Made by a program: the position numbers and the translations under genes | Notes under the pieces: model-generated | Told to the model about the DNA's origin: nothing | Seen by the model: the letters and a program-made list of their open reading frames with translations, nothing else | The model's database searches: none | NCBI GenBank assembly: GCA_016861205.1 | Contig: BOKX01000001.1 | Coordinates: 264,539-328,538, forward strand | Length of the DNA stretch: 64,000 nt | Reading direction: 5' to 3' | Source: Patescibacteria group bacterium | GTDB taxonomy: Bacteria > Patescibacteriota > Microgenomatia > UBA1400 > PJMF01 | In this document: one piece after another, positions 36,019 through 46,844 of the stretch | Layout of the letters: every line of letters starts with the position of its first letter | Numbering within the stretch: position 1 is the stretch's first letter

Positions 36019-36355
36019 CGGCGATTAAGGCAGTTTTTTCCTTAATGCGAGTGGCAGCTTTACCAATTCGACCGCGCAGGTAGTACAGTTTACTACGGCG
36101 GACTTGACCTTGACGCTTCAGCTCAATTTTCTTGATTGATGGCAACAGTACTGGAAAAATTTTCTCAACACCAATGCCATTGGTTGCGACCTTACGAACG
36201 GTCATTGACTTACCACTTCCTGCATTTTTGATAGCAATGATAATGCCCTCAAAAATCTGGATGCGTTTCTTCTCACCCTCAACAATTTCCTGGTGAACCT
36301 TGATGGTGTCACCGACTGAGAGGTTCTGGTCTTGATAAACAATATGCTGTGCCAT
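36002..36355 (-). CDS. rplS: 50S ribosomal protein L19
   Basis: [31 protein letters not shown]. Confidence 0.97.
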   Translation of the reverse strand: MAQHIVYQDQNLSVGDTIKVHQEIVEGEKKRIQIFEGIIIAIKNAGSGKSMTVRKVATNGIGVEKIFPVLLPSIKKIELKRQGQVRRSKLYYLRGRIGKAATRIKEKTALIAGEAAK

Positions 36356-36367
36356 AGACGAAGTATT

Positions 36368-36964
36368 TTAGTCGAGATTCGCAAATAATGCAACCTCCGC
36401 TTGGGGAAAGCCAATTTCCAGCAGTTGTTGGCGAATTTGCTGGCTCGAATCACCGGCCTCCCGCCAGTTTTTAGTCAAGATCTCGATGGTTTCTCTTGAC
36501 TCATTCGGAAAAATAACCCAGGCAACACTCTCAGTGGCGGCAAAATCGACTTTAAAGTCAGCCCACGGCTTACTGACCAACGCAGCGGTGGTCAGGCTTT
36601 TTACGCCATGAAACTGGAGATACTGGCTGACCACTTTCATGGTGTCACCTTTATCCACAATGTCATCAAAAACTAACACTCGCTCATCTCGGACTGAAAC
36701 CGGCAAGCTTTGGGTAATAACTGGTGCAGCTGCGGTGGCGTTGATACCGGTATAGAACTCAACTTTGAGCGTACTCACATCTGGCACGTTGAGGTAATCA
36801 ACCAAGGATCGAGAAAAGGTTAAGCCGCCTTTAGCCAAAGCAATTACGCGATCAAACTGCTGCTCACTAGTGATCACCTTTTGGGCCAAGCTAAAAATCA
36901 GGTCACCTAACTCTTGCCAAGAGAAGTAGTGATAGCTAATGTCATGGACAGTGACTGGCTGCAT
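36368..36964 (-). CDS. Type I phosphoribosyltransferase (purine salvage-like)
   Basis: ALAKGGL, PRPP-binding loop VLVFDDIVDKGDT, WVIFP. Confidence 0.88.
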   Translation of the reverse strand: MQPVTVHDISYHYFSWQELGDLIFSLAQKVITSEQQFDRVIALAKGGLTFSRSLVDYLNVPDVSTLKVEFYTGINATAAAPVITQSLPVSVRDERVLVFDDIVDKGDTMKVVSQYLQFHGVKSLTTAALVSKPWADFKVDFAATESVAWVIFPNESRETIEILTKNWREAGDSSQQIRQQLLEIGFPQAEVALFANLD

Positions 36965-36985
36965 AGATTGCGTTTCTAGCCCAAG

Positions 36986-38692
36986 TTATTTGCCTTTTCG
37001 ACGCTCACTGAGGGCTGCTCGCAAGTACTCAATGAAAATTGGGTGTGGAGCCAATGGGCGCGACTTATACTCTGGATGAGCTTGGGTACCGACAAAAAAC
37101 GGGTGGAGTTTGCGATCCAACTCGATCATTTCGACAAAGAAATCATCGGGAGACGTACCTGAGAAAATCATGCCTTCTGCCGACAGTGCCTCGCGGTACT
37201 CATTGTTAAACTCAAAACGATGGCGGTGTCGCTCGGAAATAAGGTGTTGTTTTTTATTTTTGTAGGCATGATGTTTGTCGTAAATCTTATCCATCAGAGA
37301 GCCTGGCTTCAGCACGCAGTCATAGGCACCTAGCCGCATACTCGCACCTTGGCCTTTGATGCGTTGGTACTTTTCTTCAAACGGAATGTCGTGAATGAGT
37401 GGGTACTTAGTATCTGGGTCAACTTCGGTGGTGTGAGCACCTTTGAGGCCAACGACGTTGCGAGCAAACTCGACTGTAGCCAGCTGCATACCGTAACACA
37501 AACCTAAGTACGGTACTTTGTGCTCGCGGGCGTACGTAATAGCTTTGATTTTGCCCTCTACTCCACGTTCTCCCCATCCGATCGGCACAATGATGCCGTC
37601 AGCTGACTCAAGTTGTTGGCGAGCTTCAGCTTTATTTTTCTCAAGGTCTTCAGCATTGATGAACTGGAGATTAACCCCAATTTCCTGTTGCCAGCTTGCG
37701 TGCCGCAAAGCTTCGATCAGCGACACATAGGAATCAGTCAATTCATAGTCACCTGTGGCGATGTACTTGGCGATAATGGCAATTTTGAGCTGATCTTTTT
37801 TGTCGGCGTTAATAGTTGAAACCAGTTTTTTCCAGGGTTCAAGCTTGATCGATTTTTGCTCGAGGCCTAATTTCTCTAGCACCATCGTGTCAAAGTTTTG
37901 ATCTCGGAACAACAATGGTAACTCATACACTGATTTGCAATCTGGGTTTGAAATTACAGCTTCTTTCTCAAGGTTGCAGTAGAAAGCCACCTTTTCTTTT
38001 CGCTTGTCATCAATCGGGAACTCAGCGCGACCGACAATAAAATCTGGTTGAATACCCATCGAGTTGAGCAACTTAACAGATAGTTGTGTCGGTTTTGACT
38101 TGAGCTCGTTGATATGTGCAGGACGTGGGAAGTAGGTGACGTGAACGTGAATGACATCATCTGGGTAACGCAGCTTCATCACCCGATAACTCTCATAAAA
38201 AACCACGTTCTGGTACTCGCCAGCAGTACCACCCAGTTCAACTAAAATAATGTCGTAACCTTGGGCAGCCTCGTGAATTCGGCGAATCACTTCTTCAGGA
38301 ATGTAGGGAATAGCATCTACAGTAGCCCCATTAAACTGTAAGTTACGGGTGTCATCGATCACTTTGGTGTAGATCTGACCAATGGTGGTAAAATTGCGAT
38401 TGCCAACTTCCTCATCTAAGAAACGTTCATAGGAGCCAAGATCCAGGTCTGCCTCGAGGCCATCCTCACATAAAAACACGTCGCCGTGTTCCACAGGATT
38501 AATGTTACCTGAGTCCAAGTTGAGGTAGTTCTCACACTTAATGTTAGTGACTTTGTAGCCGCGTGCTTTGAGCAGTACCCCGAGTGAAGCCGCGGTGATA
38601 CCTTTGCCTAAACCCGACAACACACCGCCGGAGACGAAGACAAACTTAGTTTTACTACCAGATTTGGTTGGAGAAGTGCCATGGATACCCAT
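36986..38692 (-). CDS. pyrG: CTP synthase
   Basis: FVSGGVLSGLGKGI, KSKPTQ, GLCYGMQ, ERHRHRFE, QAHPE. Confidence 0.97.
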   Translation of the reverse strand: MGIHGTSPTKSGSKTKFVFVSGGVLSGLGKGITAASLGVLLKARGYKVTNIKCENYLNLDSGNINPVEHGDVFLCEDGLEADLDLGSYERFLDEEVGNRNFTTIGQIYTKVIDDTRNLQFNGATVDAIPYIPEEVIRRIHEAAQGYDIILVELGGTAGEYQNVVFYESYRVMKLRYPDDVIHVHVTYFPRPAHINELKSKPTQLSVKLLNSMGIQPDFIVGRAEFPIDDKRKEKVAFYCNLEKEAVISNPDCKSVYELPLLFRDQNFDTMVLEKLGLEQKSIKLEPWKKLVSTINADKKDQLKIAIIAKYIATGDYELTDSYVSLIEALRHASWQQEIGVNLQFINAEDLEKNKAEARQQLESADGIIVPIGWGERGVEGKIKAITYAREHKVPYLGLCYGMQLATVEFARNVVGLKGAHTTEVDPDTKYPLIHDIPFEEKYQRIKGQGASMRLGAYDCVLKPGSLMDKIYDKHHAYKNKKQHLISERHRHRFEFNNEYREALSAEGMIFSGTSPDDFFVEMIELDRKLHPFFVGTQAHPEYKSRPLAPHPIFIEYLRAALSERRKGK

Positions 38693-38737
38693 GGAAGGTT
38701 ATTATAAACAGCAAGTGAAGATAAAGCAAACTCAGAG

Positions 38738-39139
38738 TTACTTGGCTTGTTGTAGGTATTGCTTGGCTCGGGCAATAGCCTCATCGATTCGGTCAGGCAG
38801 CATCCGGCCATTTTGAGGAATGAACGATTTAAAGTGGTGTGTATCCAGCTGAGGGTCATCAAAACCAATTGTGTTAAATACGTCATATACTTTTTTTGTT
38901 GCTACCACTACAGCCATTTGCGGGACAGTCTCTGCGACACTAATCAAGTAACGCAGCCAAAGCGTAGACAAGTGTCTATCGAGCTTCATGACTAGAAGTA
39001 CCCCTGCCATATCTTGTCGGTCAAGACTATTCATGACACGCATGAACTCCTCAGCAAACCCCGATGTACCATCACCAGTCACTGTGATGGTATGCAGGCC
39101 AGCTTCACTACTAATATCGATGGGTGATTGTTCCGTCAT
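38738..39139 (-). CDS. Hypothetical protein, possibly STAS-like
   Basis: 133 aa; the pattern HLSTLWLRYL..VVVATKKVYDVFNTIGF..IDEAIA resembles STAS/anti-anti-sigma domains. Confidence 0.5.
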   Translation of the reverse strand: MTEQSPIDISSEAGLHTITVTGDGTSGFAEEFMRVMNSLDRQDMAGVLLVMKLDRHLSTLWLRYLISVAETVPQMAVVVATKKVYDVFNTIGFDDPQLDTHHFKSFIPQNGRMLPDRIDEAIARAKQYLQQAK

Positions 39140-39199
39140 GCTCTGACTTTACTGTACAGCTTAGTAAGCTGTAAAGCTGTAGTTTGAGATGGATATAAC

Positions 39200-42100
39200 T
39201 TAGGCTAACAGTTCCTTAATCTTGGCTTCTAGCTGCTCACTCCAGGCCACACCATATGGCAACAACATACGCTGAGGCTCTCCACCGTTGGGAATTAGGA
39301 CCACCACACTCTCATCACCCGGATGGCCTTTCAGTAATGTTCCCAGCGCTTGCAAAGTTTCTTTGGTGGTTTTGCGAGGGATAAAAACCTGACGATGATG
39401 TGAAGCAGCTTCATGATCGAGCAGGCTTTCGTTCGGAGCACTCACCTTTTCGACCATCAGATTCAACTCTTCTTCTCGCAGATCTACTTTTGCTTTCAGC
39501 AACACAACGTTATCAACCCGCAGTAAGTTGTTAAACTCCTCATAAGCTTTCGGGAAAGCTACAAACTCGATGCTGCCACTCTCATCTTCTAGCGTGCCAA
39601 ACGCCATGTCAGCGTTACTCTTTTTGGTTTTGACGACGCGCAGCTTAGTAATCACTCCCCCAAAGGTAAAGATGTGATTGGCGTGTATCTCTTGATCGAG
39701 CTCGCCAATTTGTTTGCTAGCTTGGGCACTAACTGCTTGCAGGGCTTTGGCCATCGGGTGTTCGGTTAAGTACAAACCAAGCAACTCCTTCTCAAATGAC
39801 AACAGTTCTTGGCGTGGATACTCAGCCATCTGGGGAAAAGTATCCTGAATCTGCTTTGTCTCTGTGGCCACATCGGCAAACAAGTGATCTTGACCTTCTA
39901 CTGCCGAGGTAAATTGAGCGGCAGTCTGACGAATCGTGTCCAAGTTTTCAAGCATACTGGAGCGAGTCCCAAACTTATCCATACACCCGACTTTAATCAA
40001 GCATTCCAAAGTCTTTTTGTTGACTTTTCTACCATCTACTTCTTGGATAAACTGGGTGAGAGACGTGAACTCACCAATGCGAGCACGCGTCTCCAAAATA
40101 GTTTCAATAGCAGCGGTACCAACGTGTTTGATGGCCGAGAAACCAAACCGAATAGCTAACCCCTCCAGTGACTCAGGCCTTGCTTCAATCACAAAGTCGT
40201 CCGATGATTTATTAATGTCTGGTGGCAGAATGTGAATTCCCATTTTGCGACAGGTCTCGGTACCGACAGCAACTTTAATGTCGCGGTTCATGTTGTGTGA
40301 AGCTGACTCGACACTCAACAGCGCAGCCATGTACTCGACAGGGTAGTTTGCTTTGAGATAAGCGGTTTCGTAGGCGATCATCGCGTAACTAGCCGCATGC
40401 GCTTTGTTAAAGCCATAGTTTGCAAACGCCTCAATAAAGCCCCAGACTTTGGTAGCCACTTCCTCCGTGTAACCTTTGGCAATGGATTGTTCGGTAAACC
40501 GTTTTTTGTTTTCGTCGAGAAGCTTCTTTTTCTTTTTACCGATCGCCCGGCGCAAAATGTCAGCCTCACCCAAAGTGTAGCCAGCCATCACGTTCGCAAT
40601 TTGCAAAATCTGCTCCTGGTACACCATTACCCCATACGTCTCTTTTAAAACTGGCTCGAGTGAAGGATGTGGATAGACAATGCTTTCCGGATTATGTTTG
40701 CCTTCGATAAACTGCGGGATCAGATCCATAGGGCCCGGGCGGTAAAGCGCCACCATAGCAGTGATATCGGAAAACTGGTTGGGCCGAAGGGTGCGGGCGA
40801 CCCGTTTCATGCCAGAAGACTCGAGCTGGAACACGCCCATAGTTTCACCGTTTGATAGCAACTCAAACGTTTTTTCATCATCAAGTGGGAGTGTCTCCAG
40901 ATTAATGGTTTTGCCTTTATGAACTTTAATCAGCTCCACAGCTTTTTGCAAAATCGACAAGTTGCGCAAACCCAAAAAGTCGAACTTCAACAAACCGATT
41001 GCGTCGTCAGAAACATTACAGTCCAAGACGTACATGTCATATTGAGTAACTGTCTTCCCACTTTTACTGTCGCGCTGTATCGGGGTGTAAATTGGCAGTG
41101 GTTTGTCAGCGATCACTACTGCGGCGGCGTGAACTGAACTATGCCGGACCACACCCTCGACTTTTTTAGCTAAATCAATCAGTTTTTTATATTTCGGTTG
41201 TTTGTAGTACTCAGCTAGTTCTGGCACTGTGCTTAGTGCTGTGTCGAGTGATGTTTTGTGTCCAGGTACATTAGGAATCAACTTTGCAATTTTATCTGGG
41301 TCTTCATAGGGCAAGCCCAACACCCGGCCAATGTCACGAATGGCTACCCGAGCTTCCATCCGACCAAAAGTGATAACTTGCGCCACGTGGTCTTTGCCGT
41401 ACTTTTCAGCCACGTAGTTTAAAACTTCATCACGTCGATCATCAGCGAAGTCCATATCGATATCAGGTGGCGTCGGCCGTTGGGGATTAAGGAACCGCTC
41501 AAACGGTAACCCATGTTGGAGGGGATTGATGGTGGTAATGCCAAGTGAGTAAGAAACTAAGGAACCAGCGGCTGAGCCACGACCAGGCCCTACCCCAACA
41601 CCATGAGTCTTGGCCCAGTTCACAAAGTCTTGAGTAATTAAAAAGTAGGCTGCATAGCCTTTTTGTTTGATAACTCCCATCTCATACTCTAGCCGCTCGT
41701 TGAGCTGAGGGGTGATCTCTTTAAACCGTTTTTGGAGGCCCTCACGGGCTAGCTTTTCGAAGTAGGTTTCGACCGTTTCACCTTTGGGCAATGGGAACTT
41801 GGGAAAGATTAAGTTACCCGTCGGAATAACGATATTTGACCGCTCTGCAATTGCCAACGTGTTTTTAATTGCTTCAGGTGTTTCGCGGAACAAATCAGCC
41901 ATTTCTTGACTAGATCGCACATAGTAGTCAGGTGAGCTCATCATGCTCATCCGATTCTCATCGGCAATCTGGCGACGGGTTTGCACACACAAAAGTGCAT
42001 CCTGGGCAGTGGCATCATCTGGTCCTAAGTAGTGAACATCGTTCGTAGCTACCAGCGGCAAGTCAAATTCACGAGCTAGCTTAATCAGTTCAGCCGTTAA

Positions 42101-42661
42101 CTCAGTTAGTTCAGGTATGCCAGCGTGTGACTGAATCTCAATGTAAAAGCGATCTTTGAAAATTTCGGCGTACTTTTTAATCTTCGCAACTGCTGCCTCA
42201 CGTTTACCATTCAATAAACAACGGTTAATGTAACTAGCCATACACCCGCTGGTGGCCATCACACCTTGACTGTACTTGGCTAAAAGTTCGTCATCCACAC
42301 GAGGTTTGTAAGAAAATCCTTCGATATTTGCGAGGGATACCAACTGCATCAGGTTTTGGTAGCCTGCGTGATCTTCCGCTAACAAGGTCAAGTGATACTG
42401 GTCACTTCCCATCTTCAGCTGCTTATCAAGCCGGGACTTTTCAGCCACGTACATTTCAACTCCAATAATTGGTTTCAACTCGGCTTTTTTGCAGGCATTG
42501 TAAAAATGGACGGCCCCATACATCCCACCATGATCTGTGATCGCTACAGCTGTTTGGCCCAGTTCTTTGACTCGAGCAGTTAGCTGAGGAATCCGCGTCA
42601 AACCATCGAGCATTGAGTACTCAGTATGAACGTGGAGATGGACAAATTCAGGATTAGCCAT
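39200..42661 (-). CDS. dnaE: DNA polymerase III subunit alpha
   Basis: HLHVHTEYS, GRGSAAGS, PDIDMDF, KFDFLGL, FNKAHA; no intein-sized insertion. Confidence 0.98.
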   Translation of the reverse strand: MANPEFVHLHVHTEYSMLDGLTRIPQLTARVKELGQTAVAITDHGGMYGAVHFYNACKKAELKPIIGVEMYVAEKSRLDKQLKMGSDQYHLTLLAEDHAGYQNLMQLVSLANIEGFSYKPRVDDELLAKYSQGVMATSGCMASYINRCLLNGKREAAVAKIKKYAEIFKDRFYIEIQSHAGIPELTELTAELIKLAREFDLPLVATNDVHYLGPDDATAQDALLCVQTRRQIADENRMSMMSSPDYYVRSSQEMADLFRETPEAIKNTLAIAERSNIVIPTGNLIFPKFPLPKGETVETYFEKLAREGLQKRFKEITPQLNERLEYEMGVIKQKGYAAYFLITQDFVNWAKTHGVGVGPGRGSAAGSLVSYSLGITTINPLQHGLPFERFLNPQRPTPPDIDMDFADDRRDEVLNYVAEKYGKDHVAQVITFGRMEARVAIRDIGRVLGLPYEDPDKIAKLIPNVPGHKTSLDTALSTVPELAEYYKQPKYKKLIDLAKKVEGVVRHSSVHAAAVVIADKPLPIYTPIQRDSKSGKTVTQYDMYVLDCNVSDDAIGLLKFDFLGLRNLSILQKAVELIKVHKGKTINLETLPLDDEKTFELLSNGETMGVFQLESSGMKRVARTLRPNQFSDITAMVALYRPGPMDLIPQFIEGKHNPESIVYPHPSLEPVLKETYGVMVYQEQILQIANVMAGYTLGEADILRRAIGKKKKKLLDENKKRFTEQSIAKGYTEEVATKVWGFIEAFANYGFNKAHAASYAMIAYETAYLKANYPVEYMAALLSVESASHNMNRDIKVAVGTETCRKMGIHILPPDINKSSDDFVIEARPESLEGLAIRFGFSAIKHVGTAAIETILETRARIGEFTSLTQFIQEVDGRKVNKKTLECLIKVGCMDKFGTRSSMLENLDTIRQTAAQFTSAVEGQDHLFADVATETKQIQDTFPQMAEYPRQELLSFEKELLGLYLTEHPMAKALQAVSAQASKQIGELDQEIHANHIFTFGGVITKLRVVKTKKSNADMAFGTLEDESGSIEFVAFPKAYEEFNNLLRVDNVVLLKAKVDLREEELNLMVEKVSAPNESLLDHEAASHHRQVFIPRKTTKETLQALGTLLKGHPGDESVVVLIPNGGEPQRMLLPYGVAWSEQLEAKIKELLA

Positions 42662-42719
42662 AAGGGTAGTAAACCGGTTCGGGATTACTTAGTCAAGTAA
42701 CACCAGCAGAAATGCGTAT

Positions 42720-43217
42720 TTATGGTGACAAAAATGCCTGAACAAAGCCAAGAAAAACCTCGTTGGTTCTAGTGGCCACAGTCACAATGTCCGGCGTATC
42801 ATGTTGGTTCCGATACGCGTTGATGTCTCTGATTTTAGTATGGGAGGTTGTTCCGTTGGGTTTTAGTTCAACAACTTTCGCAGCCTGAGCGAGAGCAGCT
42901 ACGTTTAAACTGATTATCTCGTGGCTATTGCCTTCATATAACGCTGTGAAACCAAGCCCAGGCACTAACGATATAACTACCAGTCCTAAAATGTGTGGAT
43001 CCAGAAAGGCACCATCGAGTTCAGATATTTGTTTAAAGTATGCCTGCTGTTTTTCATCTGCTGACCAAGTGATGTCAGTTACACTCGAAAAACCATATAA
43101 CCTTGGGCTCAACAAAGCCCGTTTAATGTTGGTAAGGCTACTAACCAACTTGGGTGAAAGTAGTTTTTGATCAGTGATACCGAAGACGGTTTGCTGCTCT
43201 TGAATCGAGATAACCAT
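42720..43217 (-). CDS. Hypothetical protein
   Basis: 165-aa ORF starting 1 nt after the gatB stop, co-oriented. Confidence 0.6.
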   Translation of the reverse strand: MVISIQEQQTVFGITDQKLLSPKLVSSLTNIKRALLSPRLYGFSSVTDITWSADEKQQAYFKQISELDGAFLDPHILGLVVISLVPGLGFTALYEGNSHEIISLNVAALAQAAKVVELKPNGTTSHTKIRDINAYRNQHDTPDIVTVATRTNEVFLGFVQAFLSP

Positions 43218-43218
43218 A

Positions 43219-44556
43219 CTACAGTTGTCGCTCCAGTGCGCTACGGATCAGCTGTACATCAATCTTTTTGCCAAGTTTGCGCATAACCTGACCAACAAAA
43301 AAGTTCAAGAGCGTTACTTTACCAGATCGGTAGCTGGTAACCTCAGCTGGGAACTCAGCGATGACTTCTGAAACCAAACTTGTCAGCTCAGCTTCATCGA
43401 TAATTTCCACGCTGGTGGTAGCAGCAAAGGTGGCGACAACTTCAGCCGGTGCAGTAACACCCAGCTCGACCTTGAGCTTTTTATTGACGATAGCTGCTGC
43501 CAACTTAGAAACGTCAAGTTTGGCATCGACAGCTGCTGTCCAAACCGACTCAGCCCAAGCGGTTTGGGCCGGCGACTCAATTAGTAACTCGGCAAAGCGG
43601 GGCTCAACTGCGTAGGTTTTTTGCCACTTGGCAACTACTGTCTCAGGTAAAGCAGGCAACTGATTTTTGAGCTCAGCTACCCAGGCAGAAGTAAATCTCA
43701 TTGGTGGCAAATCTGGATCTGGGAAGTAGCGGTAATCTTCCGCATCTTCTTTCGTTCGCTGAGGGAAGGTGACATTGTCGTGACTATTCCAACCACGAGT
43801 TTCTTGTGCTGGAGTTTGGCCATCCATCAACACCAAAGCCTGGCGCTGCATCTCAAAGTTAACAGCCTGTTCCAAAAAGCGGAAGGAGTTAATATTTTTA
43901 ACCTCAACTTTATATGCTGGTAGTTCCTTGGCATCTGGTTTGGCCAATGAAATGTTAGCTTCGAGCCGCATCCCACCCTGTTCCATGTCACAGTCGGCAA
44001 TATCAAGATATCGCAGGATACTGCGTAACTTTTTACCATACTCTCGAGCCTGGGCGGGTGAGTGAATATCTGGTTCAGTCACAATTTCGATCAGCGGGAC
44101 TCCACAACGATTGAAGTCAACCAAACTTACTTTTTCACCATTCACAGTCGTGTGAAGGAGTTTTCCCGTGTCTTCCTCCAGATGAATGCGACGAATTCTG
44201 ACTTTGCCCTGACTAGTCTCAATGTACCCATTGAAACAGAACGGAATATCATACTGACTGATCTGATAGCCTTTAGCTAGGTCGGGGTAAAAGTAGTGTT
44301 TACGGTCAAACTTTGAAAACAAGTTAATTTCACAGTTCAGTGCTAAACCAAGTTTAATGGTCCACTCGATAGCTTTTTTATTGGCGACTGGTAAACCACC
44401 AGGCATACCCAAACAAACTGGACAGGTGTGACAGTTAGGCTCAGGGGCATGAAATGGGTCATTTTGGCAGGCACAGAACATCTTGGATGCCGTCTTGAGC
44501 TCCGCATGAACTTCCATGCCACAAATCAACTGGTAGTTTGATGAAGTGTCTGTCAT
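43219..44556 (-). CDS. gatB: Asp/Glu-tRNA amidotransferase subunit B
   Basis: GMEVHAEL, FDRKHYFYPDL, HLEED, EVKNINS, YRYFPDPDL. Confidence 0.97.
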   Translation of the reverse strand: MTDTSSNYQLICGMEVHAELKTASKMFCACQNDPFHAPEPNCHTCPVCLGMPGGLPVANKKAIEWTIKLGLALNCEINLFSKFDRKHYFYPDLAKGYQISQYDIPFCFNGYIETSQGKVRIRRIHLEEDTGKLLHTTVNGEKVSLVDFNRCGVPLIEIVTEPDIHSPAQAREYGKKLRSILRYLDIADCDMEQGGMRLEANISLAKPDAKELPAYKVEVKNINSFRFLEQAVNFEMQRQALVLMDGQTPAQETRGWNSHDNVTFPQRTKEDAEDYRYFPDPDLPPMRFTSAWVAELKNQLPALPETVVAKWQKTYAVEPRFAELLIESPAQTAWAESVWTAAVDAKLDVSKLAAAIVNKKLKVELGVTAPAEVVATFAATTSVEIIDEAELTSLVSEVIAEFPAEVTSYRSGKVTLLNFFVGQVMRKLGKKIDVQLIRSALERQL

Positions 44557-45044
44557 GTAAAACTATACTTTGGAGCGTTGTCTACTCCGCTAATAACTAC
44601 CGCTGGCTTAGTTTTGTGATCGATAAAGAGTTGAATGTCTTTTTTAATGCCTTCAATCTCAACCAGCTCAATTGCTTCCAAGGGTGTAACCCAACGATAC
44701 TCTGAGTGCTCACTACTGAGCTGCACCATAGTTTCTGTGGTCCGACAGTGAAAGGTTAAGCCATACAGCTCATTTTCGGGCTTTTCTTCACCACGGAACA
44801 TGTGCCAAACTCGACCCAACCGCTCAATAGTGATGTCCGTTAAACCTGTTTCTTCCAAAACCTCTCTTTTCAAAGCCACATCAAGATCCTCAAACTGGTC
44901 TATCCGACCGTAGACAACTTCCCAAGTATCTTTGTGAAACTCATCTCTTCGTTTGGTAACTAAAATCTCGCCGGCTGGATTTTCAATAATAGCTCCAATA
45001 GCGATCATAAATCGGCCGATTTTGTTATCTGACACATGGGTCAT
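44553..45044 (-). CDS. NUDIX hydrolase
   Basis: GRIDQFEDLDVALKREVLEETG Nudix box, SSEHSEYRW; ATGA-coupled to both gatA and gatB. Confidence 0.9.
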   Translation of the reverse strand: MTHVSDNKIGRFMIAIGAIIENPAGEILVTKRRDEFHKDTWEVVYGRIDQFEDLDVALKREVLEETGLTDITIERLGRVWHMFRGEEKPENELYGLTFHCRTTETMVQLSSEHSEYRWVTPLEAIELVEIEGIKKDIQLFIDHKTKPAVVISGVDNAPKYSFT

Positions 45045-46420
45045 GCCGACCTCCAAGTATTCCAAGTTGTAGCCCGCTCAAAGGCATCAGCCACTTGAAT
45101 CATTTTGGCTTCTTGCCACATGGGTGCCATGATGTTCATGCCCAAAAACAAGTTGGTTTTGGCATCGCGGTAACAAGGCACATTAATACCTGGCAAGCCA
45201 GTAATCGAGCTGGGTTCAAGTAGCATGTCTTCAAGCTCACCAAACATGGCTGAGTCCTCTGAAGCGCCAATTTTTTTGGCAAAACCAGGTGATGAGAGTG
45301 ACACTAAAACATCATACTTGGCAAAAAGCTGCTCGAAATCTTGCATAAACAAGGTTCGGACTTTCTGTGCCAAGTTGTAGTACTGGTCGGCGTAGCCTTT
45401 ACTCAACGTGTAGGTCCCGAGCATAATGCGTCGCTTGGCCTCATCACCAAAGAAAGATCGGTCGTTGGCGTATCGAATACCGTCATATCGAGCTAAGTTA
45501 CTACTTACTTCACCCCGCTGAACGATCGTGTAGACACTGATTGCTAGCCGTGGATCCATAGCTGTAACTGATTCAACCTCTGCTCCAAGGTCAGATAGCA
45601 CTTTCATAGCGGCTTCGAAGTGTGGTCGAGAAGCTTCTAGACCAGGAAGATCTAAGTACAGTACGCCGACTTTTAGTCCTTTAATTTCTTTACCTAATGT
45701 CTGAGTGAAATCAGGAACAGGCTGAGCTGAGGTGGTACCGTCCCGATCATCGTGACCTGCTAAGTGATTAAGTACTATGGCTGCGTCTTCCACAGTCTTA
45801 GCGATAGGACCTGGAGAATCCGTTGAAGAAGCCATGGCGACTGCCCCAAACCGACTGACCCGACCATAGGTGGGCTTGAGACCGACCGTACCACACCAAG
45901 CAGATGGCTGCCGAATTGAGCCAGCAGTTTCTGAGCCGATAGCAGCAATACACATATTCGCTGCAACCGCAGCGGCGCTTCCACCAGATGAACCACCGGG
46001 GAGATAATCAGTGTTACGTGGGTTGAGTGTGCGTCCGTACTGAGATGTTTCAGTTGATGATCCATGTGCCCAGGCGTCGAGGTTCGTTTTGCCAACAATT
46101 ACGCCGCCTGCTGCTTTTAAGCGAGCGGTCACAGTCGACTCAAACTCTGGCACAAATGTGTCGAGTACTGTCGACGAAGCGGTTGTTCGTAACCCTTTGG
46201 TAGCGAAGTTATCTTTGACAGCAATTGGCACGCCAGCTAAGGGCAACTGTGCTGCCGCCTGCCTCTCATTTTCTGCTGCTGTATTGAGCGTTAAATAAGC
46301 ATTCAGCTTGGTGTTTTGCTGATCTATGCTGCTCTGCACATCAGCCCAAATGTCACCCAAGGAAATTTCTTTACGTTTGAGTTTCTCGAGAGCCTGAGCT
46401 AGTGTTAGTGTGTGTAACAT
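45041..46420 (-). CDS. gatA: Asp/Glu-tRNA amidotransferase subunit A
   Basis: AVKDN, PGGSSGGSAAAV, GSETAGSIRQP, SNLARYDG. Confidence 0.96.
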   Translation of the reverse strand: MLHTLTLAQALEKLKRKEISLGDIWADVQSSIDQQNTKLNAYLTLNTAAENERQAAAQLPLAGVPIAVKDNFATKGLRTTASSTVLDTFVPEFESTVTARLKAAGGVIVGKTNLDAWAHGSSTETSQYGRTLNPRNTDYLPGGSSGGSAAAVAANMCIAAIGSETAGSIRQPSAWCGTVGLKPTYGRVSRFGAVAMASSTDSPGPIAKTVEDAAIVLNHLAGHDDRDGTTSAQPVPDFTQTLGKEIKGLKVGVLYLDLPGLEASRPHFEAAMKVLSDLGAEVESVTAMDPRLAISVYTIVQRGEVSSNLARYDGIRYANDRSFFGDEAKRRIMLGTYTLSKGYADQYYNLAQKVRTLFMQDFEQLFAKYDVLVSLSSPGFAKKIGASEDSAMFGELEDMLLEPSSITGLPGINVPCYRDAKTNLFLGMNIMAPMWQEAKMIQVADAFERATTWNTWRSA

Positions 46421-46421
46421 A

Positions 46422-46775
46422 TTAGTCGCCTTGGTCGATTATCTGTGGCACAACAAAATAACCTTCATGTTGACGTTTCGCATTGGCGACGGCTTGAGAT
46501 TGCGTGAACGACAGTTCTGGACGTACCACATCTTCTCGCCAGACGTTTTCCAAGCCAGTCACCTGATGAGTAGGTTCAACTGCACTGACATCAACTTGCT
46601 GCAAGTTGGTTACTACTCCCAACGTTTCAACAAAAGCATCTTTCAGAGACTCTAGCTGTGACTGGGCTACAGGAATGCTCGCTAACTTGGCCACTTTAGC
46701 CACCTGCTCAATCGTAATTGGCTGAGCTGCTTTTGAGGCTGGCGATGAAATCTGTCTTGACGCTTTTTTTGCCAT
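46422..46775 (-). CDS. gatC: Asp/Glu-tRNA amidotransferase subunit C
   Basis: VAKVAKLA, VEPT, NVWRED, GYFVVPQI; upstream of gatA. Confidence 0.9.
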   Translation of the reverse strand: MAKKASRQISSPASKAAQPITIEQVAKVAKLASIPVAQSQLESLKDAFVETLGVVTNLQQVDVSAVEPTHQVTGLENVWREDVVRPELSFTQSQAVANAKRQHEGYFVVPQIIDQGD

Positions 46776-46844
46776 ATGTTGCGGCTGTAAATATATCACA
46801 GTTCGTCGAGAATCGGGATGGGAATTTGGGTAAAAAGTGAGCAG

